Assembly (NCBI GenBank): GCA_050013255.1
Contig: JBEKFP010000001.1
Location: forward strand, 192,001 to 256,000
Source: Candidatus Bathyarchaeia archaeon
Lineage (GTDB): Archaea; Thermoproteota; Bathyarchaeia; 40CM-2-53-6
Direction of reading: 5' to 3'
DNA length: 64,000 nucleotides
Part shown: piece by piece, positions 51,780-61,000 of the stretch
Position numbering within the stretch: position 1 is the first letter of the stretch
Layout of the letters: each line of letters starts with the position of its first letter
Notes under the pieces: model-generated
Database searches by the model: none
Told to the model about the DNA's origin: nothing
What the model saw: only the letters and a program-made list of their open reading frames with translations
Made by a program: the position numbers and the translations under genes

Positions 51780-52653
51780 GCTCCGCGTCGGTGCATTCCG
51801 TGATTAGCGAGGTGGGGAGCCAGCAATCGTCGTCCTCGCTCCACTCCGCCTCCATCTCACGCCGCCAACGCCAAGGATCGTTCGCCAACTGCTTCCGTAT
51901 CTTCTCCAGGATACCCTTCTTCAGGGGGCCGTTCGGTTCAAGCGCCTGTTCCCACGTGACGTGGTCGCGGCTGAAATCTTCAAACTCCTTATCCTTACAG
52001 ATCCTGTAGAAAACGTGGTCGCGGGACCAGGGTGTCGAGTTGGCTATGAAGAACCCGTTCGTCGTGCCCAACGTGAAAAGAATCGCATCGTAGAGCTCCT
52101 CGTCATCCCGCACGAAGTTGAACTCGGTCGCAAGTACGCCATGCAGTGTCGGGCCCCGTATCGTGTCGGGGTTGCAAGGATAGGCTTCAATGTTAGAACC
52201 GTTAGTTAGCGACACTTTCGTTTTGAGCGGTTTCCGACCGACTAGGATTTCGCGGTAAGGGACACTCCTAGGTAGACGCTGAATGAACGCGTTGATCTTT
52301 CGGATTACGAGTTTGCTTTGGCGAAAGCTTGGACCCACAACTCCTAGTTGGACGCCGTCGTTTTTGACTGCGTACCAGAGCAATTTGCTAGACGCCGAGT
52401 GGTCTTTTCCACTCTGGCGACACCATAGCTGCGCAATGAAATGGGCCGGGTCGTTGAGGAACTTGGCTTGGTAGTTGGTCGGTTCGAAGCCTAGGGCTTC
52501 TTTGCAGAAGGCTACGGGGCCTTTCCCGGCGAATTCCTTGAGCCGTTGGAAGGCGCCTAGGCTTCCCGCTTCAGCTTCCCGCTTGCTTCTGAGCTTCCTT
52601 TGTTCCTCTCTGGCTTGCTGCAATCTCCGCTCTGAATTGCTCATTCGTCTCAC
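51706..52653 (-). CDS. terminase large subunit, N-terminal ATPase domain
   Basis: PTNYQ adenine motif, CRQSGKD Walker A, TIRG, VLATEFN Walker B variant, NSTP coupling motif, REMEAEW. Confidence 0.85.
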   Translation of the reverse strand: MRRMSNSERRLQQAREEQRKLRSKREAEAGSLGAFQRLKEFAGKGPVAFCKEALGFEPTNYQAKFLNDPAHFIAQLWCRQSGKDHSASSKLLWYAVKNDGVQLGVVGPSFRQSKLVIRKINAFIQRLPRSVPYREILVGRKPLKTKVSLTNGSNIEAYPCNPDTIRGPTLHGVLATEFNFVRDDEELYDAILFTLGTTNGFFIANSTPWSRDHVFYRICKDKEFEDFSRDHVTWEQALEPNGPLKKGILEKIRKQLANDPWRWRREMEAEWSEDDDCWLPTSLITECTDAELEIREFGGELRSFWATELAADLPR

Positions 52654-53203
52654 GAACCTCGTCTAGGAGAACTTGGATGTCGCGGCGGTCGTAACCCTGC
52701 AGAAGCGCCATGTCGGTTCGGACAGTAGTGTTAGCCAAGCGCATCGCTTCCATACGCGCCTTCGCATTCCTAGCTGCCTCCTCACTCTCGCAGAGCTTGA
52801 TAACCGTCTTCAGAATGGCGTCCACAGTGTCGTGAAGATCCAACCGACCCTGCTGTGTATCTTTGCTGGCCTTCAACGGTTGTTTCGTTGGACCAGGCGC
52901 TTCGACCGCTGGCAGTGTCAGGGCAATAGCTTGGAGTTGCAACGTGCGGACGAGGGTGTCTAGGTGGCGGAGGAGGGCTGGGGTGCCTTCCTTTGCTTCA
53001 ACGGACTGTTTCACGTATTCGACTAGCACGAACTTTGCCAACTCGTTGAGGGAAACCCCCCTCGACATGGCCCGGGCTTGTAAACCGCTTCGTATGAGGG
53101 GATCGAGGCGCAAAATGAGGCGAGGGTTACCTTCGTTTGGCACCGTTTGGCACCACCCCTCGAGGGGTGGATCCACCCTCTTAATTGCGAACGGTAGTAG
53201 CAA
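52571..53203 (-). CDS. RHH plus helical protein, putative terminase small subunit (start probably GTG 53143)
   Basis: RLILRLDP...RGVSLNELAKFVL RHH pattern; overlaps the TerL start. Confidence 0.5.
   Translation of the reverse strand: MLLPFAIKRVDPPLEGWCQTVPNEGNPRLILRLDPLIRSGLQARAMSRGVSLNELAKFVLVEYVKQSVEAKEGTPALLRHLDTLVRTLQLQAIALTLPAVEAPGPTKQPLKASKDTQQGRLDLHDTVDAILKTVIKLCESEEAARNAKARMEAMRLANTTVRTDMALLQGYDRRDIQVLLDEVRETNEQFRAEIAASQRGTKEAQKQAGS
53134..53178. repeat. tandem repeat plus two overlapping perfect palindromes
   Basis: (cgtttggcac)x2; CCACCCCTCGAGGGGTGG at 53153-53170; GGGTGGATCCACCC at 53165-53178. Confidence 0.8.
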
Positions 53204-53335
53204 CGTTACAGGTTAGAACATGTAATAGGACATCATAGCTGGCAACAGAGAGTTATGAATTGAGCGAGGGGCCTCTAATCTTCGTTCGATGTGACTAAGT
53301 TGATTTATCTGCACGCCGAAGAAAGAGTCAAGAAT

Positions 53336-53704
53336 CTATGGTCGTCGAGTGACCCTTGAACGTCGAAGCGGCAACAGTGTCTTGAGATCTTCTCCATAGG
53401 GCTGGAGACCCGCGGATTTCCTGTATCCATTCATTAACGCTCTCATCTTTGGGATCATATGAGGAACAAGGCTTACGTGCGCGGAAGTGTCCCGGCCCGT
53501 TCTCTCGCCCTCAACATGCAACGAGGAAGGATTCTCGGTCCTGAGTAATTCATACGCTTCTCGGATCAAGGATCGGTGCTTTGGGGGGTAGCCATGAGGG
53601 AGTAGTTCCATCGGTAGGTGCTTGCCCCCGATGCGATGGTCTTCGAAGAGCTTGTTTATGATGTACCCTTTTGCGTGATTGAGCGTCCCTAGTTTGAACA
53701 CCAT
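53336..53704 (-). CDS. hypothetical winged-helix-like protein (IGGKH motif)
   Basis: IINKLFEDHRIGGKHLP...HGYP...HVSL pattern. Confidence 0.6.
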   Translation of the reverse strand: MVFKLGTLNHAKGYIINKLFEDHRIGGKHLPMELLPHGYPPKHRSLIREAYELLRTENPSSLHVEGERTGRDTSAHVSLVPHMIPKMRALMNGYRKSAGLQPYGEDLKTLLPLRRSRVTRRP

Positions 53705-53766
53705 TGGAATTTATTCCACTATCTTTGGAATTAGCCGCAACGATTATAAAGGGTGACGAAAGATGA

Positions 53767-53787
53767 TTATCATCATGATGACGATAA
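53767..53787. promoter_or_regulatory. 21-bp palindrome in the divergent promoter
   Basis: TTATCATCAT-G-ATGACGATAA, arms match at 9/10. Confidence 0.55.
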
Positions 53788-53805
53788 CGTACAGGAGGTA
53801 CACAA

Positions 53806-54105
53806 TTGAAGAGAATTAGTGAAGGTCCTCTTGGAATAGTGTTTGGTGGCCCTGTGGCCCGGGTTCTCGACCAGGCTAGGATTGTAGGCAACATGGAGCA
53901 GACGATTCCTATGCTGGCTCAGTCAACCGGCTTGACATTTAAGACTGTCCAGAAAGCGGTCCTGAGACTGAATCAAATCGGATTGGTGAAGCGCTCAAGA
54001 AAGATCGCAAACGCCCAGACCTACAGATTCGATGTGGAGAACGAGCTGCATGAGCTGCTGGTTTGGACTGAACAGCTTCCCGTCAAACGACTTCGACACC
54101 GATAG
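53806..54105 (+). CDS. winged-helix transcriptional regulator
   Basis: VFGGPVARVLD...LAQSTGLTFKTVQKAVLRLNQIGLVKRSRKIANAQTYRF. Confidence 0.75.
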   Translation: MKRISEGPLGIVFGGPVARVLDQARIVGNMEQTIPMLAQSTGLTFKTVQKAVLRLNQIGLVKRSRKIANAQTYRFDVENELHELLVWTEQLPVKRLRHR

Positions 54106-54260
54106 GACGACGACTGATGCGAGCGCAATGCGCCAGCTAGGCCACGAACCAAGCCAAAACATCTCGAAAACCGCGCCATAGACCAGGCTAGACTAGGTTC
54201 TAATCCCGTATCCAAAGTATGTTTCGGCAGCACGTCCAGTTTTGCCTTCCGCTATGTTCG

Positions 54261-54346
54261 AACGCAGGTGCACTTCTGCGAGAAAACAGGGTTTTTCCGC
54301 CAGACCGTTTAACCCCCCCCAATAGAACACTAACAATACCGCAACC
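54261..54346 (-). pseudogene. relic 1 of unannotated gene X
   Basis: About 85% identical to 56503-56585; minus strand reads VAVLLVFYWGGLNGLAEKPCFLAEVHLR. Confidence 0.6.
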
Positions 54347-54470
54347 AGTATTCATTGAGCGGTTGTCCTAAGCAACTGCTTGCCTCTGACGTTTCCTTCT
54401 TGGAAACACGAACATCCGGCGGCATGCTTAATTGAAGACTCCGCTGGAGTTTGAAATCAGTGATTGACCT

Positions 54471-54749
54471 TTGCCAAATCAGGTTCACTGCGCTCATATC
54501 CTCGTGAAGACGGAGAAGGAGGCACAGATGGTCCTGGGTCGGCTGAGTAAGGGAGAGAAGTTCTCCAATATTGCGAAAGAGGTCTCCCGCGACCCGGGTT
54601 CGGGCAAACGTGGAGGAGACCTCGGCTGGTTCACGCGCGGAAAGATGGTGAAGGAGTTCGAGCAGACCGCGTTTGCGCTCCAGAAAGGACAGACCTCACC
54701 CATCGTGAAAACACCATTTGGATACCACATCATTCGCAGACTAGAATAG
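54471..54749 (+). CDS. parvulin-type peptidyl-prolyl isomerase
   Basis: CAHILV, GGDLGWF, MVKEFE, TPFGYHII. Confidence 0.93.
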   Translation: MPNQVHCAHILVKTEKEAQMVLGRLSKGEKFSNIAKEVSRDPGSGKRGGDLGWFTRGKMVKEFEQTAFALQKGQTSPIVKTPFGYHIIRRLE

Positions 54750-54862
54750 CTCTCACGCCGTTAGGGTTGTTTAGAGCGTTCACCTAGAAGCATGGCGTCT
54801 CATTGGTTCTCTGTCATATTCCCCTTAGGAGGTTATGTTAATGAGTAACCTCTGTATCATTA

Positions 54863-55654
54863 ATGATACAGGCGTTACTTGTGCCAAGAACCCTTGATGC
54901 AGTAAAGGCAGAAAAAGTTGCAAGTGTGGTCAAAAAACTCGGCCGCAGCGCTTCATTTCGAAACATATGGAAGGAAGTTGCGCGTGCAGGGATTTTGACG
55001 CATAACACAACGTTGCGGACGTATCTAGACCTGTTGGTGAAGAGCGACGTACTGAGTGTGCGAAAACAGGACGTAGGATCAGTATACTCAAAGGAGACAT
55101 ACTTTGTCAAGTCGGAAAAACCAAAGGTGTGCGTTGGCCTCGTTATCCTGCAGAAGCACGGCCTCAACTGGGATGTACCCGAAACGGACATCCGCACCAT
55201 TCTCACTGATTTCATCGGCCTAGCACGTTCCAAACCTTTCGAACATGGTTTGATGGCGTCCTTAGAGGACTGCCTGGTGAATGAAGCCTATGCGGATGCA
55301 AAAAAGCAGACGGGAACATTTTCTCTTGTTGCTGCGATGATCTCTACAAGGAAATTGGACCTTCCTTATTTCTTACAGCGGGCTGACGAAAATCACCTAG
55401 GAAGGGCCTTTCGGCTGCTCTTTAGCCGAATACTAGAAACAACATCCTCGAATGTCACCAGCGTCGATGCACCTGCGTTCTTAGCGGTTCGCGAGCGATT
55501 TCTTGGCATCACCAGACAATATTCGCGCTCTGGGTTTTGGAAGCTCGTCGATGGTGAGAAAGGGGTTGGAGTGATTGGACTCAATCTCGTAGAGGATTTG
55601 AGCGAAAGCGACTTGATCCTCACCGCGGCAAAACAGCTTGGAGTAGTGGGTTAA
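54863..55654 (+). CDS. wHTH protein, putative AbiEi-like antitoxin
   Basis: N-terminal wHTH (TLRTYLDLLVKSDVL); stop overlaps the nucleotidyltransferase start. Confidence 0.55.
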   Translation: MIQALLVPRTLDAVKAEKVASVVKKLGRSASFRNIWKEVARAGILTHNTTLRTYLDLLVKSDVLSVRKQDVGSVYSKETYFVKSEKPKVCVGLVILQKHGLNWDVPETDIRTILTDFIGLARSKPFEHGLMASLEDCLVNEAYADAKKQTGTFSLVAAMISTRKLDLPYFLQRADENHLGRAFRLLFSRILETTSSNVTSVDAPAFLAVRERFLGITRQYSRSGFWKLVDGEKGVGVIGLNLVEDLSESDLILTAAKQLGVVG

Positions 55655-56340
55655 TGAAAAGGCCTAAAGACATACGCGTTGCACCCATAGAGTGGGTCGA
55701 AATTCTCAAGGTTGCTTATCCGTTTCTTCATGAAAAGGCGGGCGATCTAGTAATCTTCGGATCCCAAGCTCTATCCATTCACATGAAGAACCCGCTGCGA
55801 AGCAAAGATCTAGACATGCTCTCTGCCCAAGTCGGCCCTCTTCAAATGGAGCAGTTGTCAACAAAACTCTCGGATCTTACGAACGTGGAATTGAGGTCAA
55901 TTTCAGTTCAAAGTAGAATGTTTGGCCCAAGGAAGATGACTACATATGCGATTGAGCTTCGGATCAAGGAAAGGCCCTTCTTCGTAGAGGTGTTCGATCG
56001 CATATTGGATGGACGGGCGCCCTCTACCCTGCAGCCCTATGTTGAGCCCGTAAAGCGTTGGAAGTTGGAGGTCTGGGCTCCCGACAGAGAAGCGACCGTC
56101 GCACTTCGTATGGCGTTCAGACAGCCCGAGGGAATAAGTAGGTTCAATGCAACACGCCTAAACGCTTTCATTGACGAGAACCGACGTTCGATACGATTTA
56201 AGCGGGTAAGGTCCATTCTCAAGAACTGGAATATTGAGGACTGGGTAGAGAAGAATCTCATTGATCTGTACCGTAGAAATAGGTTGCGAATAATCGGGGA
56301 CAGCAAAATCATTCCGGGTATTGAGAGGAAACTCGGGTGA
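55654..56340 (+). CDS. Pol-beta-type nucleotidyltransferase, putative AbiEii-like toxin
   Basis: VIFGSQAL...RSKDLD and downstream VEVF. Confidence 0.65.
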   Translation: MKRPKDIRVAPIEWVEILKVAYPFLHEKAGDLVIFGSQALSIHMKNPLRSKDLDMLSAQVGPLQMEQLSTKLSDLTNVELRSISVQSRMFGPRKMTTYAIELRIKERPFFVEVFDRILDGRAPSTLQPYVEPVKRWKLEVWAPDREATVALRMAFRQPEGISRFNATRLNAFIDENRRSIRFKRVRSILKNWNIEDWVEKNLIDLYRRNRLRIIGDSKIIPGIERKLG

Positions 56341-56485
56341 CATCAAAGGGAGGTGGGCGCATTATTGTTCGATACCGTTGAAGAAAGAACAATCGCACTG
56401 ACTGTGATTATGGGTTAGAGTAGGCAATAGGAAATCCGGTCCCGTGAGGGCGGCAGAAACAAGCATTCGACGAGGCTTCGGGTAT

Positions 56486-56653
56486 TTATGTGGTTGTGCG
56501 GAAACGCAGGTGCACTTCCGCTAGAAAACGGGCCTTTTCCGCCAGACCGTTCAACTCCCCATAGAACCATAACAATACCACAACCGCACGACTAACCAAC
56601 AAACCCGAATCCTTAGCCACACGCTTTTTCTTCTGTGTGAGTCTGTTGTTCAC
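56486..56653 (-). pseudogene. relic 2 of unannotated gene X (55-aa open frame)
   Basis: MNNRLTQKKKRVAKDSGLLVSRAVVVLLWFYGELNGLAEKARFLAEVHLRFRTTT. Confidence 0.55.
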
Positions 56654-56763
56654 CAATAAAGCGAGGCATGGACTAGCCTTGAACCGATCTCAGCTCTGGA
56701 AATCTGGCGTTGTAGCTGCGATCTTCCTGACTACACAATGAAATTTAAACGCAGACGCTCATC

Positions 56764-57834
56764 ATGAATGATGATGCTGAAAGGATGCTAACTCCACTTG
56801 GGGTCAACACTATGGATGAAAGTGAAGTGAAGATTGTGATTGGACAGGCTGTGGGAAGAGCCTACAACTTAGACCGCGCTGAAAAGAGTATTCCTATGCT
56901 TCAACGCCTATTCGAAGAGCCTCAGAGAACCGAATTGGAACGGGCGAGTAGTGAACTGCTTGCTTCGGATAACTTTGATGAGCATACTGTAGCGTTCATA
57001 CTTCAGGCCTCCCTGCAAACCGACCTTCCGAATCCAGCTCCTATCGATTGGCGTGATCTAGCATTGGATATCCGTGAATTGGAAAACACAGTCGCGGATT
57101 ACATGTATCGCCTGGAACGGGAGATGGAAAACAAAGATAAAGTGACTGAATCAGATAAGCCAGCGATGGCCGAAATGCACGATGCCCTGCGTGAATGGGC
57201 CAACTCTCTCGGCAGCGTTGTGTCTCATATGCGCGAGGAGAACTGGATTGAGGCGAAAGTTGAGGTTGACAAAGCATTCTATGCTTCGCAGTCACAAGCA
57301 ATCGACGCATTGAAAACATTCTACGAGAATCCCATTCTAGCGGAAGTTATTGATAGATTTCGTGACAAGACAAAACAATTCCACGAGACAATACTTCGTT
57401 ACCCATCACGAATGATTATTCCCAAAGATCGAGTGAAAACTATCCTTGATGTTCAAGCCGTGTACCTGCGTCTACAGCAACTCTACTTCGAGGATCGAAA
57501 CCGCGAAGCGAACCAAGTTATCGGTTACCCTATAGAGAAACTCGGAGATGCTATTGATTTCCTACTTCAAACTAGCAAGCGTTTAGAGACCGCGAATTAT
57601 GAGATTGGGCTCGGGGTAGGCAATCTAAGAAGGGGGCTACCCAAGATTAACGACCCTGCTCTTAGGAGAGTGTTAGTCGATTTGGCTGATAGGTTGGATA
57701 CAATCTTCTCAAGCCTGCCTGCAGAACCTTGGCCAATGAAGGATTATGGCCATCCTGATGTTGAATCGCGATTTGACTCAGATCCGTATGGCCCGACATA
57801 CAACCATGGAGAACAAACCAAAGACGAAACCTAG
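56764..57834 (+). CDS. hypothetical all-helical protein
   Basis: 356-aa acidic, helical ORF with an upstream TTTAAA box. Confidence 0.7.
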   Translation: MNDDAERMLTPLGVNTMDESEVKIVIGQAVGRAYNLDRAEKSIPMLQRLFEEPQRTELERASSELLASDNFDEHTVAFILQASLQTDLPNPAPIDWRDLALDIRELENTVADYMYRLEREMENKDKVTESDKPAMAEMHDALREWANSLGSVVSHMREENWIEAKVEVDKAFYASQSQAIDALKTFYENPILAEVIDRFRDKTKQFHETILRYPSRMIIPKDRVKTILDVQAVYLRLQQLYFEDRNREANQVIGYPIEKLGDAIDFLLQTSKRLETANYEIGLGVGNLRRGLPKINDPALRRVLVDLADRLDTIFSSLPAEPWPMKDYGHPDVESRFDSDPYGPTYNHGEQTKDET

Positions 57835-58054
57835 GTCTAGGGAGGGGATGCGGTTGGCTAATGTTCGCTTTCATCTTCAGCACTGTGGTCATGAATGAAA
57901 GTCGAAGAAGGTTTTTCCTAGAAGCACGAGATGCCCAGATTGCAAATCACGCGAGGTCATTAAGCGGCTTCGGTAGAAAGCACTGTTGCTCTCGCAAAAT
58001 TCGAGATGAAGATTGGCTTTCTGAAAAAAGACTGTTACTGTATGGTGAGACAAG

Positions 58055-61000
58055 TTGCTAGATTGGTCGAAGCTGAAACCATATCACAACAATAAGCATC
58101 TGAGCTTTGAGGAACTCTGTTATCAGACAGCCAAATGTCTTTTTCAGGATCATTTCACTCGCATTGATGATACCGGAGGAGGGGACGGTGTAGAGTTTTA
58201 CAGGGTTCTACCTGAAGGTGATGAATGGGGATGGCAAGCAAAGTTCTACTATCCTCAAGCTCGTCTAAACCTGAGCAATCGCAAAGCTTCCATCGAAGAA
58301 TCCCTAATTTCCTCGTGTAAGAAACATCCACGTCTCAAGAAGTGGATCTTGTGTACGCCGACAAACCTGACTCCTGAAGAGAGCACGTGGTTCAGCCAAG
58401 AACTCAAGAAGAAGATTCCGACCAATATGACGGTCGAACTCGAACATTGGGGTGACGGCGAGTTCAATGACTGGACAAGACATCCGCATTTTGGCGGAAT
58501 TAGGCACTATTTCTTCGGCGAGTTGGAGTTCACAATGGATTGGTTCAAGAAACGCTTCGAAGAGATCTCTCCGATCTACAAAGATAAGTTCAATCCAGCG
58601 TTGCACACACCGACTATTTTCGATAGCCATATTCAGAATACCCTCTGTGAGTTAACTCTTACACAGGAATTGCATGAAATAGTGGAATATATTCGCACTA
58701 AAATCCAAGAGTATGTGAAGACGGTTGACGATCTGAAAAAACCCTTACCTATGCACATTGACTGGGGAACAGTCAAGAGTGTCCTAATCGCTGCTCTCGA
58801 ACCAAATGCGAGTGTTGCCAAAGATGCCTTGGCTAGGCTCAAGAAGGTCTGTGAATTCTTGGACCAGGGTTTGATTGACGAGATAAGGTCCTGGAATCTA
58901 AATGAAACTGAGGATTTTCTAAAGGTGATTGTTCAATCGAGCGAGTCGTGTGAGAAGGCGTGTTCTGGGTTTGACGAAAATGCCCTTACGTACACAGGAG
59001 AGGAAAGAGAAAGAGTCAGAGCTCTTGGCGAAGCATCTCAGATGGTGCGTCAACCGATCAGACTTGCAGCCGTACTCGCCGACAGTTTTTCTGATTTTAC
59101 TCGTGTTCTAAGAGCTGTAACCCGTTCGAACCTGAACATACTCGGAGGTCCAGGAGTTGGCAAAACACACCTTGTTAGTCACGTTGTCGATGAAAGAATA
59201 AGAAGAGAACTGCCGGCTATCTTGGTGCCCGGCAGTAGGTTCATGAGTCAACAACCGATTTCGCAGCAACTACTTCAAATGCTCGACATCCCGGCAAATT
59301 ACAGTTGGGACGATTTCCTTTCTGCTCTAGATTGCTCTGCTCAGGCATACGGAACCAGAGTTCCACTCGTCATAGACGGTCTAAATGAGGCGATAGCTAG
59401 CGGGACTCTGTCAGAGATATGGAAACGCGAATTACCGGTCCTGATCAACCAAATCAAGCAACTCAAGAATATCGTGCTCATAACAACCTGTCGAACGAGT
59501 TATGAGAAAGGCGTATGGCCTGATGATGCTCTTCCAAACAGGCTTTACTTGCGCGGATGGTCTCCAGAAAATCTCGAAGCAGCAATTCACAAGTACTTCG
59601 ATTGGTACAAAATAAGTGGCGACCTGACAACTTCATCTCTTCGTCAGTTTCAGAATCCCATATACCTGAAGATCTTCTGTGAGGCTAACAACGCTGAACG
59701 TCGACAGGAGAAAGAGGTCTATGTCGGAGAAGAGACGCTTTTTGAGGTTTTCAAGGTTTGGTTGAACCAGTGCAGCCAAAGCATATGTGACAGGCTCAAC
59801 TTGCACACCAGCGTCTCAGTGGCTCAAGATTCCATCAGAAAGATCGCCCTTCGAATCTGGGAAAAGCATGTTAGAGAACTCCCCATTGCGGAATTAGCCG
59901 AGATCGTAGACAATACACCTCTGAAGGAGCTGCAGTGGAACCAGTCCTGGACAAAAGCAGTCCTCGACGAGGGGTTACTGGTGTGTCGTGATCTACGTGA
60001 CCAGGGGGAAGTCGCATACTTCACGTATGATTTACTTGGCGGATACGTGATCGCACACAGTCTTGTCGAGAAAGAGAAAAACAGCTTGGACAGTTTCCTG
60101 AAATCTAATGAGGTGACGAACAAACTCTTCTCGGACGACTACAGAAATCTGCATCCCCTGTATGAAGACATTTCGCGATCTCTTGCTGTAGTCTTGCCAG
60201 TAACAACCGGTCGATTTCTGCATCAGGTGAGGGAAGATGAGAAACCATTCAACTTCTCAATCGCGGCTATTTTCGAACTTCCACCAAGCGTTGTTTCGAA
60301 TGGTTGTGTTGAGCTCATCGCGAAGTTGTTCGATGACGAACGGAACAGGAAATATCTAATCAGTCTGGCGGCGTCTACGATGACACAGACGCAACACCCA
60401 CTTAATGCGGTTTTCTGGTCCAAGCGACTGTTGGAACTTCCGATGGCGGAACGCGACACTTGTTGGACGGAATATGTGCGAGAGAACGAGGAACAGCTCC
60501 AAAGTACTGTGGTCCGGTTCGAAAGACTTTGCATGGATAGAGACGCCTCTTCCCCCGTTGCTAAAGAAAGATGTCATCTGATGGCCCAACAGCTAATGTG
60601 GACGTTAACTTCAACGGCGCGAACGCTCCGGGATAAGACGACTCGAGCGCTGTACTGGTATGGACGATGGATGCCTGACCGTTTCTTTGACCTGGTGCTA
60701 TCATCTCTAGAAGTCAATGATCCGTACATCTCTGAGAGAATGCTCGCTGCAACCTATGGTGTGGCTATGGCTCGACAGATCGAGTTTACAGACAATACTT
60801 TCACTACGGTAACATTGCCCAGATATGGGAAAGAGTTGTATGAGGTAATGTTCGGAGAGAAGGCGCCTCATAGAACAACCCACATTCTCATGCGAGACTA
60901 TGCTCGACGCACAATTGAGCTGGCGTTGATTCATCATCCGGACTTGCTAAGCTCAGAACAGCAACAAAGGATTAGACCGCCGTTCTCAGAAGAGGGGATC

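Noticed and set aside
51180-53203. Complete provirus
   Set aside because: No portal, capsid, tail, replication or integrase genes recognised in the window.
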